64,000 nt of DNA from Eledone cirrhosa (GCA_964016885.1 OZ024745.1:20274001-20338000), one strand, 5' to 3'. Counted from the stretch's first letter, positions 14,601-28,749 are shown. The notes: generated from the sequence alone by a model not told the origin. Numbers and translations: made by a program.

Positions 14601-14869
14601 CGATCCAGTGTTATAGGCCTGAAGTTATGTGATCCCCACTAATTCGAGTCCTTTCTCAGCAGCGCCACCACATCTCGGCCCACAGAATTGGAAATCCTAT
14701 CGTTTTGCTGTTAGTTGGTGTACACACCCACTAAGATTTAACCAAACAAGTCTGGTAAGTAAACATAAAACTGACCATTCAAACCCAACCATTTATCCCT
14801 TGCGCAGTCAGTTATTGCCTCGTGTATTGCATGCAAGGGTTCCGAAACTTCTGTTGGAGTCGTAGGGGC

Positions 14870-15345
14870 GCCATATTGAGATACGGCGTTTCTGGGGTAT
14901 TCCAAGTCCTGGCTGAACCCATCTCTTCTCCAGGACTGAGGACAGTAGATTTCTTCCAGAGAAAGAGAGGAAGCGAGAAAGAGGTATGGAGGAAGAATCG
15001 ACCTCAGTACTTGACTGGTACTTTTTTTTTTATCAACCTCGAATGGATGAAAGGGAAAGTTAACCTCGGCTGGATTCGAACTCAGAGAGCAGAGAGACGG
15101 AGTGAATACCACAAAGCATTCTATCCGACGTTCTAACAACTTTGGCAGTTCGATCTCTATGTATTATATAAAATAAAACAAAAAATAATCGTTTGTGATT
15201 TTAGGTACGAGGCCAACAATTTTGTCGATTAAATCGACCCCAGTGCATTACTGGTGCTTTATTTTGACCCCGTAAGGATGAAAGGCAAAGCTAGCCTCGG
15301 CAGGATTTGAACTCACAACGTAAAGGGTGGTAACTCTATACCGCA
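14870..15345 (-). mobile_element. Two adjacent older SINE copies
   Basis: ggatgaaagg.aaag.ta.cctcggc..gatt.gaactca core present twice. Confidence 0.7.
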
Positions 15346-16251
15346 ATGGGGTTTAGTGACTGTCCCTCCCCCCTCTTTCGTCACTTGATCCTTCTGTTTC
15401 TCCTTTTTATTTTATTTTATTCTTCTTCCCTATCTGTTCCCTCTAGTAGTATGTTTTGTTTTTATTAAATATTGTTCAATTATTTCTATATAATGTTAGT
15501 GACACTCCATGACATTGTGAGATTTTGTATATTGAATAAATTTATTTTGATATAATTCTTAAAAAGCCAAACAAAACAAAATATATTCACACCAATCAGT
15601 CGGTGTAAAATACAAACGGTTTATCATGGGACATAACTCCGGAATTTTCTTGTCTCCCCTGAAAGCATTAGTTGTCTCCCTTGAAATCATAACGGAATTA
15701 CATACTGTAACGCAAATTCAGTGTGCGTGTGAACGCGTGAGCGCCCCTCAAAAAAGTGAAAAACAAAATTGACTGAGTTAAAAAGAATAAGTACGTTTGT
15801 GGGATACCGTATATCCCCAGTATTTTCCATAGACGCGGGGACTGAGAGACGGGGAGACTGGGAGACTGGGAGACTGGGAAACTGGGAGACTGGGTCGGTA
15901 TTTATTATCAAAGGATTTCGTGAACTCCACGAAGTTGATTATTGGGCCACGGTATATCTAATTATTGTTCAATAATGATTTGTAAGTCAAGCATGAGTTC
16001 ATCACGTGACCGTCACTCTCTGAACCCTGCTTGTTCTTCTCTTAGTTTAAGATCAAAGTACTTTTTCAAACGCTTTAACAACACTCAATACAACAGCTTC
16101 CTGGCTATTATTCCAGGCTAACTTTGCCTTTCATCCTTACGGGGTCGATAAAATAAAGTACCAGTAATGTATTGGGTAATTGCTGGCCTTGTGCCAAAAG
16201 TAGAAACAATTATTATAAAGAGCATGATGCCTTACCAGGAGCCAGAGATAC

Positions 16252-16548
16252 ATAGGGTTAGATTTAGACCTTCGGGGGGGGGGGGGGGGGGGGGGGCTCT
16301 CAAACAAAAAAAAATCAGAATACACAGCAAACCCCCCCAATTTTACATATCAAAGTTAACTTGGCGCAAGTAATTGGAATTGAAATGTTATACATATAAG
16401 TATTAAATTCAAAAATTCTAACCACGCTAAAACTAAAAGGCCCAGGTGAGGGTACAAATAAATTGCTACGACCGTCATAAATTGCTACGATCCACAGCAG
16501 GGGATCTGGGGGCAATTGCCCCCTTTACTCCCCATTAAATCCGGCTCT
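16252..16548. mobile_element. Probable non-autonomous hAT-like DNA transposon
   Basis: Degenerate TIRs (tagggttagattta / taaatccggctct); a related copy in the opposite orientation at ~60619-60935 begins cagggccagatctaa. Confidence 0.45.
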
Positions 16549-16646
16549 CTCTTTCTTAGTTAGTTTCACAATTGAACCCACATTTCCCCTCATCAAGAAA
16601 TTTTGCAATGGACCAAATTACATTTACTAATACAGACAGTACTTTT

Positions 16647-17483
16647 TACCATTGGATCTGTCCAACAATTCTGAGATATTCTAACCATATTACCATTGGA
16701 TCTGTCCAACAATTCTGAGATATTCTAACCATATTACCATTGGATCTGTCCAACAATTCTGAGATATTCTAACCATATTACCATTGGATCTGTCCAACAA
16801 TTCTGAGATATTCTAACCATATTACCATTGGATCTGTCCAACAATTCTGAGATATTCTAACCATATTACCATTGGATCTGTCCAACAATTCTGAGATATT
16901 CTAACCACATTACCATTGGATCTGTCCAACAATTCTGAGATATTCTAACCATATTACCATTGGATCTGTCCAACAATTCTGAGATATTCTAACCATATTA
17001 CCATTGGATCTGTCCAACAATTCTGAGATATTCTAACCATATTACCATTGGATCTGTCCAACAATTCTGAGATATTCTAACCATATTACCATTGGATCTG
17101 TCCAACAATTCTGAGATATTCTAACCATATTACCATTGGATCTGTCCAACAATTCTGAGATATTCTAACCATATTACCATTGGATCTGTCCAACAATTCT
17201 GAGATATTCTAACCATATTACCATTGGATCTGTCCAACAATTCTGAGATATTCTAACCACATTACCATTGGATCTGTCCAACAATTCTGAGATATTCTAA
17301 CCATATTACCATTGGATCTGTCCAACAATTCTGAGATATTCTAACCATATTACCATTGGATCTGTCCAACAATTCTGAGATATTCTAACCACATTACCAT
17401 TGGATCTGTCCAACAATTCTAAGATATTCTAACCATATTACCATTGGATCTGTCCAACAATTCTGAGATATTCTAACCACATT
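16647..17483. repeat. 44-bp minisatellite, about 19 near-identical copies
   Basis: Unit taccattggatctgtccaacaattctgagatattctaaccatat, with no spacers. Confidence 0.95.
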
Positions 17484-17645
17484 CCCATATTACCCCTTCC
17501 AAACAAATATCAGAATTATCCTCCAGGTCTTCAATTTTATCAAGTTTTGTTTTTCTCAACCATTTTTTCAGAAGTTCGGCAGGAATGAAATCTACGCTGA
17601 CAGGTTACCTTTGACTTTCATCTTTACGGGGTCGATAAAATAAAG

Positions 17646-17850
17646 TTTACGGGCAAAAACCAACTGACAGGAAAACAGAGGTTATAGACGCCGAACAAAA
17701 TGTTTGGATAATAACCATGTGGTTTACTTGTCTCGCTTGGAGATCCAGCTGGATCATTTGGGGACAGTTGTTTCTGATAGCAACCCGCTGGAAAGAGTGT
17801 TTGAGGACTCTGCCCCCAGGAATATGTGGGCGAAGAAGAACAACAATACA
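17646..17850 (+). mobile_element. RTE LINE 3' end fragment
   Basis: Homologous to 53108-53300 (tttacgggcaaaa..ttggataa..cccgctgga..gagtgtttgagg) with a short (aac) tail. Confidence 0.55.
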
Positions 17851-18072
17851 ATGTATGCATGTGCATGCATGCATGTATGTATGTATACATGTGTGTGCAT
17901 GCATGTATGTATACATGTGTATGCATGCATGTATGTATACATGTGTATGCATGCATGTATGTATACATCTATATGCATGCATGTACGTATACATGTGCAT
18001 GCATGCATGCATGTATATAGGCATGTTTGTATGTATACCTGTATGTATGTATGCATATTTGTGTGTATGTTT

Positions 18073-18236
18073 ATAATTGTTTCTACTTTTGGCACAAGGC
18101 CAGCAATTATCCAGTGTATTACTGGTACTTTATTTTATCGACCCCGCAAGGATGAAAGGCAAAGTTAACCTCGGCGGGATTTGAACTCAGATCATAGGGC
18201 CGTAACTCTATGCTGGAAAGCATGGCGTCCGACCCT
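18073..18236 (-). mobile_element. SINE, head truncated at the satellite boundary
   Basis: Reverse complement of the dominant SINE. Confidence 0.85.
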
Positions 18237-20578
18237 ATAGAGATGGTGATATAGAGCTGGTGGTATAGAGCTGGTGGTATACAGATGGTATAGAGCTGGT
18301 GGTGTAGAGATGGTATAGAGCTGGTGGTATAGAGATGGTATAGAGCTGGTGGTATACAGATGGTATAGAGCTGGTGGTATAGAGATGGTATAGAGCTGGT
18401 GGTATAGAGATGGTATAGAGCTGGTGGTATACAGATGGTATAGAGCTGGTGGTGTAGAGATGGTATAGAGCTGGTGGTATACAGATGGTATAGAGCTGGT
18501 GGTATACAGATGGTATAGAGCTGGTGGTATAGAGATGGTATGGAGATGGTGGTATAGAGATGGTATAGAGCTGGTGGTATAGAGATGGTATAGAGCTGGT
18601 ATAGAGCTGGTGGTATAGAGATGGTATAGAGCTGGTGGTATAGAGATGGTATAGAGCTGGAGGTATAGAGATGGTATAGAGCTGGTGGTGTACAGATGGT
18701 ATAGAGCTGGTGGTATACAGATGGTATAGAGCTGGTGGTGTACAGATGGTATAGGGCTGGTGGTATAGAGATGGTATAGAGCTGGTGGTATACAGATGGT
18801 ATAGTGCTGGTGGTGTACAATGGTATAGGGCTGGTGGTATAGAGATGGTATTGAGCTGGTGGTATACAGATGGTATAGAGCTGGTGGTGTAGAGATGGTA
18901 TAGAGCTGGTGGTATAGAGATGGTATAGAGCTGGTGGTATACAGATGGTATAGAGCTGGTGGTATAGAGATGGTATAGAGCTGGTGGTATAGAGATGGTA
19001 TGGAGATGGTGGTATAGAGATGGTATAGAGCTGGTGGTATAGAGATGGTATAGAGCTGGTATAGAGCTGGTGGTATAGAGATGGTATAGAGCTGGTGGTA
19101 TAGAGATGGTATAGAGCTGGAGGTATAGAGATGGTATAGAGCTGGTGGTGTACAGATGGTATAGAGCTGGTGGTATACAGATGGTATAGAGCTGGTGGTG
19201 TACAGATGGTATAGGGCTGGTGGTATAGAGATGGTATAGAGCTGGTGGTATACAGATGGTATAGTGCTGGTGGTGTACAATGGTATAGGGCTGGTGGTAT
19301 AGAGATGGTATTGAGCTGGTGGTATACAGATGGTATAGAGCTGGTGGTGTAGAGATGGTATAGAGCTGGTGGTATAGAGATGGTATAGAGCTGGTGGTAT
19401 ACAGATGGTATAGAGCTGGTGGTATAGAGATGGTATAGAGCTGGTGGTATAGAGATGGTATGGAGATGGTGGTATAGAGATGGTATAGAGCTGGTGGTAT
19501 AGAGATGGTATAGAGCTGGTGGTATAGAGATGGTATAGAGCTGGTGGTATACAGATGGTATAGAGCTGGTGGTGTACAGATGGTATAGAGCTGGTGGTAT
19601 ACAGATGGTATAGAGCTGGTGGTGTACAGATGGTATAGGGCTGGTGGTATAGAGATGGTATAGAGCTGGTGGTATAGAGATGGTATAGAGCTGGTGGTAT
19701 AGAGATGGTATAGAGCTGGTGGTATACAGATGGTATAGAGCTGGTGGTGTAGAGATGGTATAGAGCTGGTGGTATACAGATCGTATAGAGCTGGTGGTAT
19801 AGAGATGGTATAGAGCTGGTGGTATACAGATGGTATAGAGATGGTATAGAGCTGGTGGTATAGAGCTGGTGGTATAGAGCTGGTGGTATAGAGATGGTAT
19901 GGAGCTGGTGGTATAGAGATGGTATAGAGCTGGTGGTATAGAGATGGTATAGAGCTGGTGGTATAGAGATGGTATAGAGCTGGTGGTATAGAGATGGTAT
20001 AGAGCTGGTGGTATACAGATGGTATAGAGCTGGTGGTATACAGATGGTATAGGGCTGGTGGTATAGAGATGGTATAGAGCTGGTGGTATAGAGATGGTAT
20101 GGAGATGGTGGTATAGAGATGGTATAGAGCTGGTGGTATAGAGATGGTATGGAGATGGTGGTATAGAGATGGTATAGAGCTGGTGGTATAGAGATGGTAT
20201 GGAGCTGGTGGTATAGAGATGGTATAGAGCTGGTGGTATAGAGATGGTATAGAGCTGGTGGTATAGAGCTGGTGGTATAGAGATGGTATAGAGCTGGTGG
20301 TATAGAGATGGTATAGAGCTGGTGATATAGAGATGGTATAGAGCTGGTGGTATACAGATGGTATAGGGCTGGTGGTATAGAGATGGTATAGAGCTGGTGG
20401 TATACAGATGGTATGGAGATGGTGGTATAGAGATGGTATGGAGATGGTGGTATAGAGATGGTATAGAGCTGGTGGTATAGAGATGGTATAGAGCTGGTGG
20501 TATAGAGATGGTATAGGGCTGGTGGTATAGAGATGGTATGGAGATGGAGGTATAGAGATGGTATGGAGATGGAGGTAT
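18237..20578. repeat. 25-bp (11+14) minisatellite, ~2.3 kb
   Basis: Unit gagatggtata-gagctggtggtata; diagnostic variants recur 460 bp apart. Confidence 0.95.
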
Positions 20579-20584
20579 CAAAGT

Positions 20585-20770
20585 AATGTTTTCTACTTTT
20601 TGCACAAGGCCAGCAAATTACCCAGTGTATTACTGGTACTTTATTTTATCGACCCCGTAAGGATAAAAGGCAAAGTTAACCTCGACGGGATTTGAACTCA
20701 GATAGTAAAGGGCCATAACTCTATGCAAAGCATGGCGTCCCACCCTCTACCGATACTGCCAATTCACCGC
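20585..20770 (-). mobile_element. Full-length SINE
   Basis: Reverse complement of the dominant SINE. Confidence 0.85.
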
Positions 20771-21092
20771 TTATAATACCCACTTACAAGTTTAATTTCC
20801 TTACATTAAATTAATGAATTGAAAATTACACATCTCCTTCAGCTTGTGGTGTCATTGGAATTTATCTGTCAGAATCCTATTGTCTAACTGTATTAAAGCG
20901 GATGATTTTAATATTTCTCCCTCAAACACTAAAATAACAAAAGAACTCATTGTTACTATGGCAACCAGCATAACTTTTCCTTATTGTTTGCTTGTTTTAT
21001 CTACTTTAAGACAACTTGCTTAAAGTTTACCGACTTATTAAGGAATACAAACATATTAACCAAATGTTTGTAATGTATGTATGTATATTATA

Positions 21093-21701
21093 TCAGGTCA
21101 CCAGTTGGTGCTACTGGTAACATGTATCCCAGTACAACCTGTCAAATGGTCGGGTCATTGGCGACTAAACTGGCAACCCCACCAAGGTTTCTTGGTGAGG
21201 AGGGTGACTTTGGACATCCTGCAGGACTAAAAACAAAACTTGTCAAAGGGCAAAAGACCTCTTAAGAGTCAATGGCCATCCAAAATCACCGGGAGAGAAG
21301 ACCCCTTAGCCTTTGTCAAGGCAGAATTCTAGGAGAAGGAAAACTCTGATATAACACCTGCAACCCTGATGGTATCCAATGATGTTGACTTGTTCTTCTT
21401 TTTGGTAAATATCATCTTGGTTAAGAGAGTGGGACTGGCTTTGTGCAGTGCCTTTGATCACTATAAAAGCTTCACGGCACAGGCATTGCTTTATATCTGG
21501 AGATCTCTCTGCCCTTGTCGTCACATGGTACCATGGGCCCAGCACTATGTGTCAATAATTGTCACAAGTGTAGTGTTTGTACCAGAGTTTTCAAGTCGCT
21601 GGCTGGACTAAAAAGTCACACTCGTTCAGCGCATCAGTAGGGGTTCTCCTACATGGATATAAAGTAGTGGCCGTACTCGAAAACGAGTTGGCAGCCACCA
21701 T
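21093..21701 (+). mobile_element. Non-autonomous RTE-derived element, copy 4
   Basis: Reverse complement of copies 1-3, ending ggcagccaccatgtat. Confidence 0.8.
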
Positions 21702-21714
21702 GTATATATGTATG

Positions 21715-22214
21715 TGATTCGAGATGCCTCAAAGGCAACTTTTCCCTCATATACAGTCTTTCTCCATTTATTACGATCAGCAGCAATATTTTCCCATGTA
21801 TAAGCAGAGATGTTAGCGTCTTTCAAAGAGGCTTTCAAGGAATCCTTATACCTCTTTTTTGGTTTATGTGGCGGTCGTTTTCCTTTAACCAACTCTCCAT
21901 AAAAGAGTTGTTTTGGTATTCTAGAATCCTTCATCCTGGCAAGGTGACTACTCCAACGGAGTCGTTGCTTAAGCACAAGAGCTTCTATACTGTCACACAT
22001 AGAGCTTTCCAAAATCTCGACATCACTGATGAGGTCCCTCCAGTGAACGCCATGGATCCGTCTGAGACACATCTGATGGAAACGCTCCAATTGCTTAAGG
22101 TGGTGTCGATATGTGACCCAGGTCTGGCAGGCATAAAGAAGACAAGAGAGCACACATGCCTTGTACACCTTTACCTTTGTCCTCCTGCATATGTCTCGCC
22201 GTATATGTCTCATC

Positions 22215-22216
<2 letters not shown>
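21715..22216 (-). pseudogene. RTE (BovB-like) LINE ORF C-terminal fragment
   Basis: TKVKVYKACVLSCLLYACQTW, RLRWSSHLARM, RIPKQLFYGEL and KPKKRYKDSLK are typical of the RTE C-terminus. Confidence 0.85.
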
Positions 22217-22247
<31 letters not shown>

Positions 22248-22317
22248 TGTATGTATGTATGTATGTATGTATGTATGTATGTATGTATGTATGTATGTAT
22301 GCATCTATCTATCTATA

Positions 22318-22852
22318 TGTCAGGTCACCAGTTGGTGCTACTGGCAACATGTATCCCAGTACAACCTGTCTCATGGTCGGGTCGTTGGCGAATAAACTGG
22401 CAACCCCACTAAGGTTTCTTGGTGATGAGGGTGAATTTGGACATCCTGCAGGACTAAAAACAAAACCGGTCAAAGAGCAAAAGAGCTCTTAAGAGTCAAT
22501 GGCCATCCAAAATCACCGGAAGAGATGACCCCCTTAGCCTTTGTCAAGGCAGAATTCTAGGAGTTTGATATAACACCTGCAACCCTGATGGTATCCAATG
22601 ATGTTGACTTGTTCTTCTTTTTGGTAAATATCATCTTGGTTAAGAGAGTGGGACTGGCTTTGTGCAGTGACTTTGCTCACTATAAAAGCTTCACGGCACA
22701 GGCTTGCTTTATATCTGGAGATCTCTCTGCACTTGTCGTCATATGGTACCATGGGCCCAGCACTATGTGTCAATAATTGTCACAAGTGTAGTGTTTGTAC
22801 CAGAGTTTTCAAGTCGCTGGCTGGACTAAAAAATCACACTCGTTCAGCGCAT
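22318..22852 (+). mobile_element. Non-autonomous RTE-derived element, copy 5 (3' end lost)
   Basis: Matches copy 4 up to cgttcagcgcat. Confidence 0.8.
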
Positions 22853-22956
22853 TCTTTAGTAATGTGGCCCTTCATATGATGAATCACATCCCATCACACC
22901 CGTTGCTATATACATCTATCGTTAGGAAATTTCCCTACTTTCCATAGAATAAAAGT

Positions 22957-23028
22957 TGGTAGTAGTAGTAGTGGTGGTGGTGGTGTTGGTAGTAGTAGTA
23001 GTGGTAATAGTAGAAGTAGTAGTAGTGA

Positions 23029-23068
<40 letters not shown>

Positions 23069-23072
23069 GTTG

Positions 23073-23103
<31 letters not shown>

Positions 23104-23204
23104 CAGTAGTAGTAGTAGTGGTGGTGTTGGTAGTAGTAGTAGTGGTAATAGTAGAAGTAGTAGTAGTGATAGTAGTAGTAGTAGTAGTAGTAGTAGCAGT
23201 AGTG

Positions 23205-23242
<38 letters not shown>

Positions 23243-23399
23243 GTTGGTAGTAGTAGTAGTGGTAGTAGTAGTAGTAGTAGTAGTAGTGGTGTTGGTGTTG
23301 GTAGTAGTAGTAGTGGTAATAGTAGAAGTAGTAGTAGTAGTGGTAGTAGTAGTAATAGTAGTAATGGTAGTAGTAGTAGTAGTGGTGGTGGTGGTGGCG

Positions 23400-23438
<39 letters not shown>

Positions 23439-23524
23439 ATAGAAGTAGTAGTAGTAGTGGTAGTAGTAGTAGTAGTAGTAGTTGAAGTAGTTGTAGGAGT
23501 AGTGGTAGTAGTAGTTGTCGTAGC

Positions 23525-23571
<47 letters not shown>

Positions 23572-23625
23572 TAGTAGTGGTAGTAGTAGTAGTGGTAGTA
23601 CTACCAGTTGTAGTAGTAGCGGTAG
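22957..23625. repeat. Degenerate (GTA/GTG)n microsatellite
   Basis: Direct reading of the sequence. Confidence 0.95.
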
Positions 23626-24363
23626 TTAACAAAAACAATAACTACTTTCTAACATTACAGACGATAACCGAAAAATATACTAACATATGTTAGCGATAAT
23701 GTACACGTATGTATATATACACAGACATGTATACATATATACAAATATATATATACACATGTACGTACATACATACACATGCGTACATACATACACATAC
23801 ATACATACATATACATACATAGATACGTACACCCACACACATACATACATACATACATGCATACATACACGCACACATACATACCAACGCAAACAAATCT
23901 ACATACATACATACACATACGCACACATATCTACGTTGCTCAGGAACACAAAACACAGAAAGTGTTAATAAATAATTTAAATTATCACAGGAATTGATGA
24001 AACAAAACAATAATTCAAATGTTTGCAAAAAATATACGGAATCATTCGGATAATTCCGTACAATTCGTGAATTACGGAAGTTTTGAGTAAACAAAAGCAG
24101 CAAAGAAAGAAGTAGGTCAGCTTGTGAAAAATGTATTGCTACACGCGTAGTCGTCCTTAGATAATACAACAGCCTTGCCTCGCTCGTCATGTCAGCTACA
24201 CAATACTGGAGACGACTGAAAAATGGCAATTCTGTCACGTAGGCACCAACATACTATAAGAACAAACTTATATTTAATAAATATACACATAAATAACGCA
24301 TAATAACAAAATAATTTCATTTCTCTATTTATATAGACTAAATTGAGCAGCGGTTTACTAGAT

Positions 24364-24445
24364 GCTGCGATGGCCGAGTGGTTAAGGCGTTGGACTCGAA
24401 ATCCAATGGGCGATGCCCTCACAGGTTCGAATCCTGTTCGCAGCG
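24364..24445 (+). tRNA. tRNA-Ser(CGA)
   Basis: 82 nt. Acceptor stem gctgcga/tcgcagc, A-box tggccgagtgg, anticodon arm ttgga-ctCGAaa-tccaa, long variable arm gggc..gccc, T-loop ggttcgaatcc, and an oligo-T terminator at ~24453. Confidence 0.95.
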
Positions 24446-24763
24446 TTATTCCTTTTTCTTTTTCTTTATTTCATAACTCTGGTCTACTAAACCATATTTC
24501 ATCACTTCCTATTATTAAAACGTTTATTTTTCTTCTTTTGTATATTTCTAATTTAATTTTGTGATTTTTTTTTCTCTATTTTATTTTCCACTGATACCCA
24601 CGTGCTTATGGTGGGCCGATAACGTTGTTAAAACTCAATGTTGCCGTGAAGAGATGATGTATGCATCTTCGTTTATTTATTTTTCATCCCGATGGGAATA
24701 CCGACAGGACTATTTCAGCCTTCTTATGTTTATCGCAAATAAAAGGATAGTTCATTATTTCTT

Positions 24764-24951
24764 GGTGGATTGGCAGTATCAGTAGAGCGCCAGACGCCAT
24801 GCTTTGCAGCATTGAGTTATAGCCCTTTACGTTCTGAGTTCAAATCCCGCCGAGGTTAACTTTGCCTTTCATCCTTACGTGTCGATAAAATAAAGTACCA
24901 GTAATGCACTGGGATAATTGCTGGCCTTGTTCCAAAAGTAGAAATAATTAT
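24764..24951 (+). mobile_element. Full-length SINE
   Basis: Dominant SINE family. Confidence 0.85.
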
Positions 24952-25244
24952 TTCTTAGGAAGATTCTGAGATAGATCAAGGATATCGAGACTAGAAATAG
25001 GTGGTGACATAATCAATACCTATTGGTTAATATATCGATTTACCACGATCAATCAACCCTCGGAAACGATCGTAAAACAACGAACTAATTAAGAACCTAT
25101 CTTCGAATTTTGTTTTATTTTCCTTCACACACACACACACACACACATACATACACACACACACACACACACAATTTATTTCCTATCGTGCATTTCCTTC
25201 AAGAAGGCACACGTTACAACACCATCCAGAACTAAACTCGTCCA

Positions 25245-25975
25245 ACACCAACAACAACTATAACAACAACAGCAGCAACAACAACAACTATAACAACAAC
25301 AACTACAGCAACAACAACAACAGCAACAACAACAACTATAACAACAACAACTACAGCAACAACAACAACAATAACAGCAACAACAACAGCAGCAGCAACA
25401 ACGACAGCAGCAGCAACAACAACAACAACAACAACAACAACAAGTACAACAACAGCAGCAACAACAACAAGTACAACAACAGCAGCAACAACAACAACAA
25501 CAAGTACAACAACAACAGCAACAACAACAATTAATAACAGAAGCAACAAACTAATACCGTTTGTAGCGTCAACAATAACAAAAAACAATAACAGCAGCAA
25601 CAACAACAACCACAACATCAACCACCACCACCACCACAACAACAACAACCACCACAACAACAAACACCACCACTACCACCACCACCACCACCTTATCAAC
25701 AACAACCACCACAACCATAACCACACCCACTGCAACCAACACCACCACCACCACATCAACAACCACCACCACCTATACCGCCACCACCACCACCACCACC
25801 ACAACAACACCAACCAGCACCACTACCACCACCACCACCACCTTCACATCAACCACCACCACCACCACCACCACCACCACCACTACCATCACAACCACCA
25901 CCACAACCACAGCAACGACAACCACAACATCAACAACCACAACAACAACACGACAACAATAACTAAAACAACAAC
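25245..25975. repeat. (CAA)/(CAG)/(CCA) degenerate trinucleotide repeats
   Basis: Direct reading of the sequence. Confidence 0.9.
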
Positions 25976-26084
25976 ATTACAACATTACAGAAAAATACAC
26001 AAAAGAAAGAAGAAAAGAATGGACAGTAAAAAACATAGAAACAATATAAAAATATATAAAAATCCCAGCAGAAATACAAATAAA

Positions 26085-28265
26085 AAGAAATATATAATGA
26101 GGGAATATATAATGAAGGAATATATAATAAAGAAATATATAATGAAGAAAAATATAATGAAGAAAATTATAATGAAGGAATATATAATTGTTTCTACTTT
26201 TGGCACAAGGCCAGCAATTACTCAGTGCATTACTGGTACTTTATTTTATCGACCCCGTAAGGATGAAAGGCAAAGTTAACCTCGGCGGGATTTGAACTCA
26301 GAATGGCAAATCCCGCCGAGGTTAACTTTGCCTTTCATCCTTACGGGGTCGATAAAATAAAGTACCAGTAATGCACTGGGTAATTGCTGGCCTTGTGCCA
26401 AAAGTAGAAACAATTATATAAGGAAAATATAATTGTTTCTACTTTAGGCACAAGGCCAGCAATTACCCAGTGTATTACTGGTACTTTATTATGAAGAAAA
26501 ATATAATGAAGAAAAATATATATGAAGAAATATATAATGAAGAAAAATATAATGAAGAAAAATATAATGAAGAAAAATATAATGAAGAAAAATATAATGA
26601 AGAAATATATAATGAAGAAAAATATAATTGTTTCTACTTTAGGCACAAGGCCAGCAATTACCCAGTGCATTAGTGGTACTTTATTTTATCGACCCCGTAA
26701 GGATGAAAGGCAAAGTCAACCTCGGCGGGATTTGAACTCACATCGTAAAGGGACGTAACTATGCTGGAAAGCATGGCGTCCGACCCTCTACCGATACTGC
26801 CAATCCACCGATATATAATGAAGAAAAATATAATGAAGAAAAATATAATGAAGAAATATATAATGAAGAAATATATAATGAAGAAAAATATAATTGTTTC
26901 TACTTTTGGCACAAGGTCAGCAATTATCCAGTACATTACTGGTACTATATTTTATCGACCCCGTAAGGATGAAAGGCAAAGTTAACCTCGGCGGGATTTG
27001 AACTTAGATCATAAAGGGAGGTAACTATGCTGGAAAGTTACTAATGTAGAAAAATATAATTGTTTCTACTTTAAGCACAAGGCCAGCAATTATCTCGTAA
27101 AGGGAGGGAACTCTATCCTTCAAACATGGCGCCCCACTCTACCGATACTGCCAATCCACCATAATAAAAAAATATAATGAAGAAATATATAATGAAGAAA
27201 AATATAATGAAGAAATATATAATGAAGAAAATATAATGAAGAAAAATATAATGAAGAAATATATAATGAAGAAAATATAATGAAGAAAAATATAATGAAG
27301 AAAATATAATGAAGAAATATATAATGAAGAAAAATATAATGAAGAAAAATATAATGAAGAAATATATAATGAAGAAAAATATAATGAAGAAATATATAAT
27401 GAAGAAATATATAATGAACAAAATATAATGGAGAAATATATAATGAAGAAAAATATAATGAAGAAATATATAATGAAGAAAAATATAATGAAGAAATATA
27501 TAATGAAGAAATATATAATGAAGAAAAATATAATGAAGAAATATATAATGAAGAAAATATAATGAAGAAAAATATAATGAAGAAAAATATAATGAAGAAA
27601 TATATAATGAAGAAAAATATAATGAAGAAATATATAATGAAGAAAATATAATGAAGAAAAATATAATGAAGAAAATATAATGAAGAAATATATAATGAAG
27701 AAAAATTTAATGAAGAAAAATATAATGAAGAAAATATATAATGAAGAAAAATATAATGAAGAAAAATATAATGAAGAAAAATATAATGAAGAAAATATAA
27801 TGAAGAAAAATATAATGAAGAAAATATAATGAAGAAAAATATAATGAAGAAAATATAATGAAGAAAAATATAATGAAGAAAAATATAATGAAGAAAATAT
27901 AATGAAGAAAAATATAATGAAGAAAAATATAATGAAGAAAAATATAATGAAGAAAATATAATGAAGAAAAATATAATGAAGAAAATATAATGAAGAAAAA
28001 TATAATGAAGAAAATATAATGAAGAAAAATATAATGAAGAAAATATAATGAAGAAAAATATAATGAAGAAAATATAATGAAGAAAAATATAATGAAGAAA
28101 ATATAATGAAGAAAAATATAATGAAGAAAATATAATGAAGAAAAATATAATGAAGAAAAATATAATGAAGAAAAATATAATGAAGAAAAATATAATGAAG
28201 AAAAATATAATGAAGAAATATATAATGAAGAAAAATATAATGAAGAAAATATAATGAAGAAAAAT
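26085..28265. repeat. 14-15-bp aatgaagaaaaatat minisatellite interleaved with at least six SINE pieces
   Basis: Pure array at 27170-28265; SINE pieces at 26182-26420, 26430-26490, 26625-26812, 26890-27040 and 27057-27160. Confidence 0.9.
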
Positions 28266-28749
28266 TTGGACTAAAAAGTACAACGAAACAGAAAAAAACA
28301 ATAGAAATTAAAACTCCCCCTCCTCACACCTCATCTACTAATTGTGCCACATTTATAGAGATTCCTGGTGTCCCTGGTCCTTACCACCATCGGCACGGAG
28401 TTGGTTACCCTCAGGTGTGGACCTCACAAACTAGAATGACTCTTCCAACACGTCTCCTTCATCAGCCTCCGAGGAAACACCGTCTCTATTCTGTCCGAGG
28501 TGATCAGCGGGGGGTGGCCAGCGTGGGGGTCTCCTATTTGCTTATAATAGTGAAAGATGGGGAGAACGAGAGAGACCGGGGCAGTGAATGTTCAGGTAAA
28601 TATAAAAGTGGGTAAACCCCCACATATTAATCTGGTGATATTTCTCAGAGGTTTTTCCACCTTTTCTACAAAATCTCTAGCTTTTTGAGAGAATCCAACA
28701 AACTATTTAAATGTCTAAAAACATCTGACTGATAAAATGACAAGTCAGT

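Noticed and set aside
16647-17483. CRISPR-like regular array
   Set aside because: Head-to-tail 44-bp units without unique spacers, no cas genes, and a eukaryotic context.
18119-20605. 828-aa ORF
   Set aside because: Translation of a stop-free 25-bp satellite that cycles through frames.
21093-21180. HDV-like ribozyme at the RTE-derived 5' end
   Set aside because: P2-, P3- and P4-like pieces are visible but no convincing P1/P1.1, so it is left as a test rather than a call.
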